64,000 nucleotides of DNA from Histomonas meleagridis 2922-C6/04-290x (lineage: Eukaryota; Protista; Parabasalia): positions 408,358 through 472,357 of the forward strand of contig JAANOX010000085.1 in NCBI GenBank assembly GCA_020184695.1, read 5' to 3'. Below the pieces are notes generated by a model. It searched no databases and was not told the DNA's origin. It worked only from the letters and a program-made list of their open reading frames with translations. A program made the position numbers and the translations under genes. The first letter of the stretch is position 1. The number at the start of each line of letters is the position of its first letter. Shown in pieces: positions 54,901 to 64,000 of this stretch.

Positions 54901-55925
54901 ATGTATGGGAAAAACAATCGTTAGATAAAAAAGAATTAATTTTAACAATGTTAAAAAATTTGGGTTCGTTACCACCACAAATATTTAAGAATGAATTTCC
55001 TCAAAGATATCCTTTTAGATTTTTCTCTTCTTTTTATACAAATTTCACGCAATTTGATAAACAAATTGGTTTAGTTTCAGAAGGTTATATATATGCACAA
55101 TCGAAATGTTTAATACATATAATATTACGAAACTTCGAAAATTATTTCTATCAATATAAAATTAATATTGAAACTAAAGACATAATTTTAGTTAATAAAC
55201 GAAATTTGAATTTTGAACCTTCGGCTAAATCAATATTATATAATAATTCATTGTTTATCTTCGATAGTGATTCAAGTATAATATATGTTATACAACCTAA
55301 TTCTGTTCGAACAATACATCAAAAGTTTTCGAATATTGATTTTATTAATGCTGGAGTCGATAATAATATTTATACAGCTTCGAAAATGGGAATCTTTAAG
55401 ATTTGGAATATTAATCATTTCGGTAAAACTGATACATTACATAGAGTTATGAGCGATTCTTTAAAGTCTGCATTCATATCTCAAGAATTCGGTATAATTG
55501 TTTGTACTACTTTCGATGGCTTTGTCGAACTTTATTCAATTACTAATAATAGATATATAAATTCTTGTTTTTTGGATAACGCAATTGGTGAAAAAGTCAT
55601 TGTAACTTATGGACTTGGTTTCATTGTGGTGAAAACTATTAATGAAATTTGGCTGTTCACTGTAAATGGTTTCTTGATTAAAAGAGAAAAAGTAGAAATC
55701 GAAATTAATGATTGGATTACTTGGGAAAATTTGGATGGTTTCGATATGATAGCGTTCTCTGATTATGATGGAAGATTATACGTGTTCGAGGCTTATTACC
55801 CTGAAAATATTAAACTGTTAACTTCTTTCCAACAAAGCATAGTCGGACTGAAATATTTACCAACAATTGATAAAATTGTGGCAATAACAGCAGAGCCGTC
55901 GATGTGCATATTGTCGTATAATTAA
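48933..55925 (+). CDS. BEACH-domain protein (PH-BEACH-WD40)
   Basis: PTALEFF, ISNFDFLLKLNIFSGRSFHD, YIIFPWI, YYLVRQNPF, RESIPEFY and HLNQWIDLLFG motifs; intact 2330-aa ORF. Confidence 0.92.
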   Translation: MFANENILIPIIKTFANKAEPNPKPTEFSKIIDSSPIPILNSQVIETFQKNFAESGNYIESLQFLNGVFHYDLKEVESILNLKVPSEELIKYGKPIIYSNALGFIFCNPSETDDYQTELLNVLRLIFLLTFDDYNVSYPLYLLILEHGINVAAETFTIDTILIICQNLLMHIQPSLKSLYITFSLLKNAPACEIKKTQLISTISKLKNALIEANIDFDDLEICEFFESKLNSLDNNDFILISLLSKSRNSKNLQKLYSKIPSLIYNLSNSIQIKVDSSLTAHFQYSKFTSRNKEIDCEFEINDSIENISIDSNWYKDLFPNDYLEKLDSILNIFKDSLNSEYYESFVNSFDEYLKRSNTQIFLSFLYILSKIESEFNLTDNSCSLLFHKELFNPNITIYFPNNKNFKLISSLRNCIIMNVFKHNPNYMNVFFQNCKEFPFLFSELLIRSLPYEITHLFTNNFFSCFWNIDISLRQIYNEMKNDDKEICVSARSSLYYFLIALLKIPSLPFKSTNTNKIADEIVSIISEKAFQNKFFHDVELILLKPQNKENVVNKGLQQIGNLLVILDHSNYITPLKNIISSLLDLVIRSIIKNNTISFSATRLINPFLSLLKHFHSQELLSKVIELMSLTPFENAHQLSKYIITIEKKLSQLIIRKLFSLASCSLLEIDLTKFYIKKPTIFQLILSIYSYFERTEELLNIINSLCDFSNYNKIQLHEGEFDLLILDILLNYPKDFHFRGFKIYKVDKINLNLLYLIFAKISTSISSIVVAQRLMKVLFHSKISDNFMKFLMPIPETFDKYQTVCYPLAIQQIFFEADNFNILDLLHGSTIGFWCYPEEDLFNLLNIKSTILRISSLLEIFIQGNQLSLIENKNKHNLITIKFNQWNPIILNFKALSESILRFEIFSDPENSIKIDINVKNIQEDVALIFGNFELHKTDDVKLLLSIYQLSYFVIFSDMLTPKEIEQFINDGHITTTINKKPLYMYPEKQFNQPINKTTVFIEPSGYFQHLPNLLHIFRSEYPLDCIGPLFINFKSYKNYLLLLEIIEQLFITKIDLIFEIISLLLPNNDPKVLTYDLYLNFFNSSKYVVNKNYLFDHILMNFDIWIQSSNDELLKILNHWSTELFDAFTNLFLTDNFVQTYLCNIRIYFYIDPIENNFITKYKRDPNLNINQSFAYLMKILLKRASLQFNHSDSLIYLTNLIKSKDSKVAFRFLEVIPSLFPYSSSKNLCNLLHLIDIKKNPTFLTPLIHAFYILSGDSFYKNTILLSNQLNEDFNYDMFRENFEQFIELFSISMMSALNSTQKLQDELAKTFFEYSKIKFKVQQIKKCQFWYIWPILFSVQINEISLVLMCQALSNIMSKDFDIYLLKSIISFLDLIQISTDLDVHNFGILFLKFLFQQLKYSDSDKLSEGLNEICFSSLFIKCVSETHSFELLNEYSKSEYNNDNFQIHQKLKTIKNLNDLKNCYAFHSTKFTHYLQLKKIQQFSEVEREFYRLCLNVLPKETKILFSHRIFQSCWSYPNANQQKRIEIIESLYKEDESFNEFMNLLSENTLQTANELNNFFKSLEEPIKSINELQLSDPILIVMKNHNHQKQISKLKWQKIVQQYVHPRALFDLDCFVYKRDFYFSNSFVSNRLKRSLTIPKTRIKCYPNPPTNIIITKKCQQIKISEIISCEFTMTTKSIIIKYEYKVKTILNESVKYMLCRNRYQKPTALEFFLTNNRSILLDFAPITSNEILRYVIKDHFPNLLILGTNNFTNLIEESNIIKEWRKMDISNFDFLLKLNIFSGRSFHDPENYIIFPWIIIGPNKEFRDLNLPMAAQTQTKIDYYRQMLIINKNNPDGAYVFGSAPSSAMLLAYYLVRQNPFTNLHLQIHDGHFDSLERLFRSIDNYFVGLNQSDESRESIPEFYSMPEAFYQFNKENELNSLEIPNWANNNIYDYIYLSKKALESNEVSSHLNQWIDLLFGRCQSGEEAIKRCNLFLPYLYNNVWEKQSLDKKELILTMLKNLGSLPPQIFKNEFPQRYPFRFFSSFYTNFTQFDKQIGLVSEGYIYAQSKCLIHIILRNFENYFYQYKINIETKDIILVNKRNLNFEPSAKSILYNNSLFIFDSDSSIIYVIQPNSVRTIHQKFSNIDFINAGVDNNIYTASKMGIFKIWNINHFGKTDTLHRVMSDSLKSAFISQEFGIIVCTTFDGFVELYSITNNRYINSCFLDNAIGEKVIVTYGLGFIVVKTINEIWLFTVNGFLIKREKVEIEINDWITWENLDGFDMIAFSDYDGRLYVFEAYYPENIKLLTSFQQSIVGLKYLPTIDKIVAITAEPSMCILSYN

Positions 55926-56185
55926 CCAAATGAATAATATATTTGTATATTATTTTTAATAAAACGAAGGATTATGTATTATTTTATTTTTTTGCAACAA
56001 AGCTATTACTGTTATTCCCAAAAATCGTTCGAACAGGAATTGGTTCCACATAAAAAAACTATCGTAATTCTGAAATTTCTATCGTTTGTTCACCTGTTTT
56101 TGGTATAGTTATCGTATGTGGGAAACAACGATCGTTTTGCATAGAAATTTTTTGTCGAACGATAATTTTTTTGGAGCCTATTTGG

Positions 56186-58558
56186 ATGAATGTTTTAATC
56201 ACATTAATCATAATAACAAATGGTGTATTTTCTTATTCAGATCCAACTCAAGAGCCTGATTTTAATAAGTCATTTAACTTTCTTAATGAAGGAATTTATG
56301 GTGGAATTAAAGGAGAAGATTTAAATATTGTTCCAGCTTGGAAAAACAATTTTACAGGGAAAGGAGTTCATATTTCACTTTTCGACGCTGGATGCCAATT
56401 CAATCATGTTGATTTAAAAGATAAATTTAGATTTGAAGATAGTTGGAATGCATTAACTAATGAAAAAGATCCATTTAATCAATCAAAAGATCCATATCAT
56501 GGTACATGTACAGCTGGCCTAGCAGTTGGGGCATCTAATGGCATTGCTACAGTAGGTGCAGCACCAGGTGCTAATTTCTCATCAATAACAGTTGATGCAG
56601 CCTGGGAATCAACAGGAAATATTGATCTCCCAACACTTATTGATGTTTATTCTCGTACACAATTTGATGTTCGTAGTTGTTCACTTGGCCTTGGTGGCCT
56701 CCTTCGTAACGGCACTATATATATGCATCAATATCGTGATGTTCCAGAGATTGAAAATATGCTCAATAAAATCATGACATTTCGAAATGGTAAAGGCGCA
56801 ATTATGTTACATGCCGATGGTAACTCAGGTAATGAAGTTCTTGATACACATGTAGATCTCTTAACCAAATATAGAAACGTTTTAGCAATTGGAGGATCGA
56901 CGAATCGGGGTGCCCCACTTTCCTATTCACAAACTGGAGCTAATGTAATGGTAAATGCACCATCCGGTGGTACTTCATATATGAGTTTATATGAACCTTA
57001 TATTTATTGTTCTTCTAATGAAGATCTTGAAGGCATTCATACATTTACAGGAACTTCTGCCTCATCACCACAAATTGCAGGTGTTGTTGCATTAATTCTT
57101 GAAGCTAATCCTGAACTAACATGGAGAGATGTTATTTATATATTAGCGTTAACAGCACAAATCAATGATCCGACTAATGAACTATGGCAAGAAAATGCAG
57201 CAGGTTATTTGTATCACCCTGTTTTAGGCTTTGGCCGAGCAGATGCAGCACTTGCGACCACAACAGCACAAACATGGAAAAATGTAGCTGAAGAAAAATC
57301 ATATACAATTTCCTCTGATGTTAAAACAAGAGTTCATCATGCACGCGAAGAATGGACTGAAATTGAATTTGAAGGAAATGAAACGATTTCATTTATCGAA
57401 TATATTTATATTGTTTTTGATTTGAATACTTCAACAGCTGCTTTTTTGCATATTCAGTTAATTTCACCTGAAGGAACAGAACGAACTATTCTTGAAGCAT
57501 CACCAACTTATGGTGAACATTTTCCAAATGATTTATCATTTAAATTTGGCGTTCGTAGTTTCTTTGGCGAATCTACAAAAGGAAAATGGGTTTTACGTAT
57601 TCGTTATGAATCATATATCACAAACGTTGAAATTTCCAATTTGAAATTAATATTTTATGGCACAAAAGATAAACCAAATTTACCCATAATAACTCGAAGA
57701 GAAACAGCGAAAAATGTTGTGTTAATTGATAATGGAAAACCAACTAATCCAAATGAATCAATTAATGTAACAAATGCAATATGTGGGGAAAAGATGCGCA
57801 TTGAGTTACAAACAAATAATATGAACGATATTCCTGTTTTAATAGTTAATCCATCGAATAGTTTAACACTTGATTTAGGTACTATGCATAATAAAGTACT
57901 TGAACTAGATGCACCTTGTGTATTTAAAGATGGATTAGAATTATATGTCTCTGCACGTATAACAGGTGAAGAAACTATCATTTCGACGCCTGTAATATTT
58001 CATAATCCTATTCAAACACTTGGAATTAATTCGCCTAAAGAAAATGAAATTATTAAATATAATATAAATGGAAATAACCCAATTCTAAATTTAATGTGGG
58101 TCAGAAATGATGTAAAGCCTAAAAATAATGGCTGTAAACAAATGGCAGTAATTTCTGTTGTAGATTTTGATACAAATGAAATTATCGCATATAAAACATC
58201 AGTGGACATTGGAAGAGCGATGATCGAGTTACCTAAAAAGACTCATAAAAGATGCGTTGTAACTATAACACCGGTAAATGAATCAAACTTTGACCCGTGC
58301 TCTGTGTTGGTACAGAAATTTAGTTTGATTGGCGAAAACGAAGAAATTGGAGATGATAAATTTGAGTTATCTTTTCCTGAATCAAAATGTTTTGAGAGTG
58401 AAGGAGAGAAAAACAACAAGAAGAAATTGATTATAATATGTGTGACATGTGGAATTATCGTAATTATAATTGTCGTTGGATTAATTATCGGATGTAGAAA
58501 ATGTAAGGAAGAAAATCAAAATAAAACAATTACACAATCACTTAATACATATACATGA
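56186..58558 (+). CDS. Kexin/furin-like S8 serine protease with P-domain and C-terminal TM helix
   Basis: Catalytic D (FDAG), H (HGTCTAG), oxyanion N (DGNSG) and S (GTSASSP); P-domain (LISPEGT, GESTKGKWVL); TM helix; ATG at 56186. Confidence 0.9.
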   Translation: MNVLITLIIITNGVFSYSDPTQEPDFNKSFNFLNEGIYGGIKGEDLNIVPAWKNNFTGKGVHISLFDAGCQFNHVDLKDKFRFEDSWNALTNEKDPFNQSKDPYHGTCTAGLAVGASNGIATVGAAPGANFSSITVDAAWESTGNIDLPTLIDVYSRTQFDVRSCSLGLGGLLRNGTIYMHQYRDVPEIENMLNKIMTFRNGKGAIMLHADGNSGNEVLDTHVDLLTKYRNVLAIGGSTNRGAPLSYSQTGANVMVNAPSGGTSYMSLYEPYIYCSSNEDLEGIHTFTGTSASSPQIAGVVALILEANPELTWRDVIYILALTAQINDPTNELWQENAAGYLYHPVLGFGRADAALATTTAQTWKNVAEEKSYTISSDVKTRVHHAREEWTEIEFEGNETISFIEYIYIVFDLNTSTAAFLHIQLISPEGTERTILEASPTYGEHFPNDLSFKFGVRSFFGESTKGKWVLRIRYESYITNVEISNLKLIFYGTKDKPNLPIITRRETAKNVVLIDNGKPTNPNESINVTNAICGEKMRIELQTNNMNDIPVLIVNPSNSLTLDLGTMHNKVLELDAPCVFKDGLELYVSARITGEETIISTPVIFHNPIQTLGINSPKENEIIKYNINGNNPILNLMWVRNDVKPKNNGCKQMAVISVVDFDTNEIIAYKTSVDIGRAMIELPKKTHKRCVVTITPVNESNFDPCSVLVQKFSLIGENEEIGDDKFELSFPESKCFESEGEKNNKKKLIIICVTCGIIVIIIVVGLIIGCRKCKEENQNKTITQSLNTYT

Positions 58559-59179
58559 ATGAATAAAAGAAAAAATTATTGAATACTGAAACAGGTTGGA
58601 ATGTGAACGTGAACGAAAACGACAAACAATAATAAACTCTATCGAATATGATAGTTGTTTTGGAAATGTTTGCTTAATGAAAATGAATTTAAGTTTGATG
58701 AAGGATTTGTAGTAAAGGAAGACCGGATAAGTTTTTGGAAGAGAAGTTATATTAGCTGGGACTTAGGGGTAAAAAAAATGATAATTTTCATACAGCTTTG
58801 ACCACAAGTACAAAGAAGCAAATATACCACAATGGTTAAGTCCCCAAGTGAAGAATATGAAAATGTTGCACAGCTTGAAGTTACACAGCAGCCTGCGTTA
58901 TTAGGGTGTTTATGATAAAGAAGAATTCACGGAATAATAATAAAGAGTTAACACTTCAGAACTTGGAAAATCACATAAGGAACATAATGGTTATACAGTG
59001 GTGGAACTGGGCTCAATACTGTACGATATAAAGTAAAATGCTTTTCTTTTTATTTAAATACTCAGATGTAATTAAGAGAGTCAGAATTATCAATCCAATT
59101 AAAATGGAATTTCTTATTTATTATTATTATTATTATTATTATAATATTGAATTATTATGAATTTTTGTGGAAAATCAGA

Positions 59180-59460
59180 TCAAAAGGGCATTTTTTCATG
59201 AAAAATCGAAATCACCGTGGAACAATGGGTTAAGTTCGTAAGGCATCTTAATCCAATTGAAAGATGTTTTAGTCAAATTAAAGCATATGTAAAAAGATAT
59301 TTACAATAAAAAAAATCATCCTTCTAGGTACAATTAATCTTCCTTTTGGGAATGAGGAGTTGTTCGGTTTCAGGTTCTTGAAGAAGCAATAAATGATGCA
59401 ATTCAAAAGGTTGCAAGGGAAAATGTACAAAATTAATTGAATTATTCATACAAACTATAA
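59180..59460 (+). mobile_element. Degenerate Tc1/IS630-type (DDE_3) transposase relic
   Basis: HLNPIERCFSQIKAYVKR at 59244 matches the xLNPIExxxxxLK motif; downstream EEAINDAIQKV; stops and frameshifts throughout. Confidence 0.4.
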
Positions 59461-59913
59461 CTATTGATATTTCAAATGATACCAATCATAATTGAATAAA
59501 AACTCTTCTTAATTATTTATATTATTTTATATCAAAAAAATTAGAATTCACATATAAAAAATATCGATATTTTTTGAAATACAACATTTTACAACATAAA
59601 ATTTAAAAGATGCTTCACTCAAAAAAAAATCGGTTTTTTGAATCTTGAATTATAGGATTTACGATAGAAAACGGTTGGCCATATTGAAACGGAAAATGGC
59701 CAACATGATGAGAAAATGGTATAGATATCAATTAAAAAACAAAATTCGTAAATTATAAATCTTGATGCAAAAAAAAAAATATTTGTAGATTTTTCTCAAG
59801 ACCTAATACAAAATAGACTTATTACACATAATTTCAAAAAATATTTTTTTGCACTTTTGGAAACAAGTTTAGGAAACCGTTTATTTATAGTTTGTCATAA
59901 AGAAAAGAATTCA

Positions 59914-61041
59914 TCAAACAAATGAATTCATATCAGCTAAGAACACATCAGTTCTCATTTTCTTCTGTACCATGTAAAGGTGTAGCTTTGCTCTATTTAG
60001 TCTCATTGTGTTTGAAGCTAACATTTGATTTAAGAATTGTTTCCTCTGCTCAAGTACAACTATTCTTTGTTTTTCATCTATCATTGTTTGCAGCAAATCA
60101 TTTTGTCTATGCAACTTCCGTATGTTTCTTTTCAGATCTTTCATACTTTCGTTGATTTCATTTCCAATTTTGTAATTCGGATTTGTTTTAAGTGTATTTA
60201 ATTTTGCCATCAAAAGGGACTCATTACTATGTGTCTTTAACTCTTTTCCTAGTGATTCTACTTCGTTTTGAATAGTATTCAATTCAATTTGCAATTGATT
60301 GATTTGTGATTCAGTATTGTTAGATTGCAGCATTTGGGTTTTTGTCTTGTTTTTTACTTCGAGAGCAAAGATTTCTGCCTTTAATTCCGCAATTTTTGAA
60401 ATCATGGATTCATCAGTTTCTTCATTTTGATTTTTATAAAGTTCTGATTGCTCTTCTTTGAGAAGCTTGTTCTTGGCTTTAAGTGTTTCAAGTTCTTTTT
60501 TCTTCTTTTGGATTTGGTCTTTTAGATTATTTGTATTACTTTGATTCTGTGAAGTTTTGACTGGAGATAAATTTGGTACTTCTTGTCGAGTTGTTTCAGA
60601 CTTTGATGGTTCAATAATTTCCTTTAATATTGCTTGATCTTCAGGTGAAAGTTTTTGGAAAATTTGTTGAACTTCTTCTTTTTTGGGTGAAATCACAGAG
60701 TAATTAATGAGCATAGATAAGAGAGATTCGAGTTGAGATATATCTCCTCTCCGTACTATTGCAGTTGTATCAATCGTTTTTGAATCACCTAGGATTTTTG
60801 TTAAATTAGTTGAAACTGCACGTATCTGTTTGAGACGTGAAAACCAGTCATTTTTTTTTACAGCTTCTTGAATAACTGAAATGTCAATATGATCATCATG
60901 AAGATATTGAAACAATGCAACAATTCCAATTCCATTTAAAAGTGATTCGAAGTTAGGAACTTCAATATTTAATTTATCAAATGCTTGAAAAAATCTGAGT
61001 ATTGCACCTTGTTTGTTCATTTTTGCTTCAGGACATGTCAA
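59914..61041 (-). CDS. CH/HOOK-like N-terminal domain plus coiled-coil protein
   Basis: FESLLNGIGIVALFQYL..DWFSRLKQI resembles HOOK-type CH domains; long coiled coil follows. Confidence 0.55.
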   Translation of the reverse strand: MTCPEAKMNKQGAILRFFQAFDKLNIEVPNFESLLNGIGIVALFQYLHDDHIDISVIQEAVKKNDWFSRLKQIRAVSTNLTKILGDSKTIDTTAIVRRGDISQLESLLSMLINYSVISPKKEEVQQIFQKLSPEDQAILKEIIEPSKSETTRQEVPNLSPVKTSQNQSNTNNLKDQIQKKKKELETLKAKNKLLKEEQSELYKNQNEETDESMISKIAELKAEIFALEVKNKTKTQMLQSNNTESQINQLQIELNTIQNEVESLGKELKTHSNESLLMAKLNTLKTNPNYKIGNEINESMKDLKRNIRKLHRQNDLLQTMIDEKQRIVVLEQRKQFLNQMLASNTMRLNRAKLHLYMVQKKMRTDVFLADMNSFV

Positions 61042-63274
61042 GTGAAAATAAGTAAATCAATCAAAAAGTCATGGTTACAATTCATAACAACCGTCCTGAT
61101 AGACCGGTTAAAAAGAGCTTCAAAATGTCTTCAAAGAATGGATGGAGATATCAAACTGGGTCATTGAGCACAATGGGAATACTTCATCATAAATTAAAAT
61201 AAAAAAAAATTCCTTTTATTGAATGAAATCGGAGAGAGGTTCATTATTTATTCAATTCCATATATTATACAAAAATATATGGTACAAGATTATGTTGGTA
61301 GTGAGACAATTAATGTCAATTCTAAAGAAACGCATGATCATATGTAGTATAAAATACTTTGGTCAACATATAGATGATATTTTAATAGAAAGAGAAATAA
61401 ATTCTAGAGTAACAGGATAAGCCCTGTAATAATGCAAAAAATTAAACTTTATGTTTTCTAGAGTCTCTGGTTCAATTGAAATTATGAAGAGGTAATATAT
61501 TTGATAAAAGGGTGTCGAAATGGTGTTAATGCACAGGAGCTATATAAATACTGATCCCACGTGTGAACCAGTAGCATTAAAAAATCGAATAAGATACAAC
61601 ACCATTTTTTAATATATGTTGTAAAATGAATCAAAGAATTTTCAACCATATGATTTTAATTAATTCAAGCATCCCTCTGAGTTATGATTAAATCACACCT
61701 GCAGATTGGGACGAATGTTTCATAAATAAAACAACTAGGGCAAGATATCCAGCTTTCGTTAGATTTTCAAATGGTGAAGTTCGTCGATGCAGTGTATGTA
61801 AGCGAGAAACAAATGGAAAGATCACCTTAAGGGATCACATAAATATGATATTCCCGAGGATAAAGATGATTAAAGAATAATTACTATAACAAAAAATAGA
61901 ATCGCAATGAGTTTGACACGCCTGCAAAATAATCAAATGAAAAAAATAAATAAAGTCATCAGCATTACTGGCATATCGCTTAAATATTACAGCAAATCAT
62001 TTAAATTCTTCATTCAAAATATTATAAAATGTGGGATTATATTGAAAAAACAATAACAAAAGCACTTATAATTTGAACAATTTTACATATCATTTATCAG
62101 ATAAAGTCATTACAAATTCGAAGAATTTAATTGCAAATATTGAAAAAAATAAACAGATAAAAAAATTCAAAGAAAAAATCAATTGCAATGTTGCAGCATG
62201 AATAATATGTATATTACATTCGGAAAAGAATTTCTAAATAATATAAATAAATAGAGGAAATTGGTTGCCATTAGATACTTCAAAAGGAATTCCAATGACT
62301 TATTTAAATACAGGAAGAGTTGAATGTATTTTTTCAAAATGTAAATCGAATCATTTGTTAAATTACATCATAAATTCAACTAAATTAATTAAGAAATCAA
62401 ATAATCTTTCCAACTCATTATTAATTTCATCAGTTTGCATTTCACGAAATCAGGGTGCTGACAATGCATTTAAAATTATAATTGATGATTAAAATATGAA
62501 GTTAGATTTTTATTCAAAAAAGTCATATTAGATGAGAAAATAAGAAAAAAATATAAATGCAGTAATCGTGGAAATTATGTAAAAAATATCAAAAATGTAC
62601 ACTGCTAAAAAAAAAATAATGGTACTGAATTTTTTCTATAATAATTAATTCTCGATTCATTAAGTGCGATGTGTGTAAATTATTAACTCCGAATTAATTA
62701 CAATATATCAAAAGAAAATGCCAAATTATCTTTGTTTGTTTTTGAATAAATTTGAATTTAAAATGGCAAAAACGATTTGCTGTTATTTAGAATAGACTAT
62801 TCACCCATTGCAATTATGAAATAATGAATAATTTACTAATATAATAGTATTCAAAAACTCCGCATATATTTAAAAAGTAATAGAAAGTTTTTTTAATAAT
62901 CGAATACTTGTGGTGGTCATCATGCCCTATCTACTGATGATTGAAAAGTCACATTACTCACACAACAGCAATCGATCCTATTTTATATAGAAAACATTAA
63001 TTTTGGAGTTGCAGCTCCAAGTACGTTATATGTTCCTAGAGTGGCAGCAATAAGGGGGTTGACTTGGTAAAAACCATCTTCACTTATGTTATCTTTTAAA
63101 GATTAAGAAATTTTAAACAATTTTTTGTCAAGATTTCATAAAAAAATTATCTTTTATTCATAACTTTGTTCTCTTTCTATTTTTTGAAGAGACCAAGAAA
63201 TCTGGTATATTTCTGAAGTGCCGTACTCGATCAGCATACCTCTCATCAACCTTGATGTAGAGGATATTGTCATT

Positions 63275-64000
63275 TCAAGAATATTCTGTTAGAAATCCTC
63301 CTCTCCGAATAGCATTTACAACGCATCTCGGAACAGTAGACATTATATATGAATCATAATAAATTTTTATAACTTCCCTTGTTTGAGGGGAAAGTGTTGA
63401 ATCAAGATATATGTTGACCATTTTTTTTTTTTGATTTGCAAAAACACCGATGTCAAGAAATTGCAACTGATCGTTCGAATGCGAGAGAATATATCTAAGC
63501 TATACATTGTTCTCGGATAAATAGTCATCAATACCATCGGCTCCATGGCACGAACACCCATTCAGAACAGATTAGAATTGCTGGACCATCATATCCAGTT
63601 ATTTGTCGTCTTATTTGCAAATCTCTCAAGTAACAATCATCCGACCATTTCTTAAACATCCTTGCATTGATATACCCAGTATCGCTTTTGGAATATGTTA
63701 TTTTATCTGTTGTGTATCCCAGCTGAAGTAATTCCAAATCAACTGTTTCTATTTGAATGACAATTAGTGGCTTGATAACTGAACCATCTGCAACTATTGC
63801 AGCAATCATTGTGTGGTGATCCACATTCACATCTTGCCCAATTGGAATTTCATTTCCAACATATTCCATCGGTACAACACAAGAAACATCGCAATCAAGT
63901 TCGCGTATATCAAAGCCTACTTCATCAACATTTGCAACAAATGATGCTGGTATTGGAAATTCAAATGTTTCATGCAGTTGCTTAAACCATTTATCTATTT
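63275..64000 (-). mobile_element. Degenerate pogo/Tc5-like DDE_1 transposase pseudogene, continuing beyond the window
   Basis: IDKWF..FVANVDEVGF, TMIAAIVADGSVIKPLIV, TGYINARMFKKW, GPAILI and frameshifted HSNDQLQFLDIGVF; these are DDE_1 motifs, with stops and shifts. Confidence 0.75.

Noticed and set aside
481-63985. Numerous short antisense or alternative-frame ORFs in the supplied track (e.g. 481-774, 2157-2540, 13115-13456, 20023-20313, 28811-29110, 57655-57981)
   Set aside because: They overlap well-supported genes on another frame or strand and have no recognisable motifs.

Overview
AT-rich, densely packed eukaryotic DNA with mostly single-ORF genes. DUF3447-like/ankyrin genes, BspA-like LRR surface proteins, a BEACH protein, a kexin-like S8 protease and bacterial-type enzymes suggest a parabasalid (Trichomonas/Tritrichomonas-like); this is inference, not a database match. 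Housekeeping genes include GPD, BBS4, an Arf-like GTPase, an ER Hsp70 (GRP170-like), a BRE1-like E3, an EF-hand protein, OSBP, eIF5, a kinesin, a BRCT protein, an aminotransferase and a Prp19-like N-terminal domain. There are also pseudogenes (H2A, BspA tails), a MITE-like inverted repeat and DDE transposase relics. The main discovery is in four DUF3447-ankyrin genes (8.5-10.4, 23.3-25.1, 31.4-33.4 and 42.9-45.5 kb). They look truncated, but their ankyrin repeats continue downstream, each broken at the beta-hairpin by an AT-rich block that is usually 83 nt. That block parses as codon-17nt-codon-17nt-codon-17nt-codon-17nt-codon. The isolated triplets spell the missing D/N-x-x-G-x hairpin (e.g. 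DNYGE, DCYGW, DDRGI, NKYGI, ADDGN) and restore intact 34-aa ankyrin repeats. The 17-nt spacers mostly start AT/GT and end ATTT rather than AG. This points to an apparently undescribed system of 3-nt micro-exons separated by fixed-length non-canonical 17-nt spacers, removed by splicing, RNA deletion or ribosomal bypass. Transcript or peptide data are needed to confirm it.
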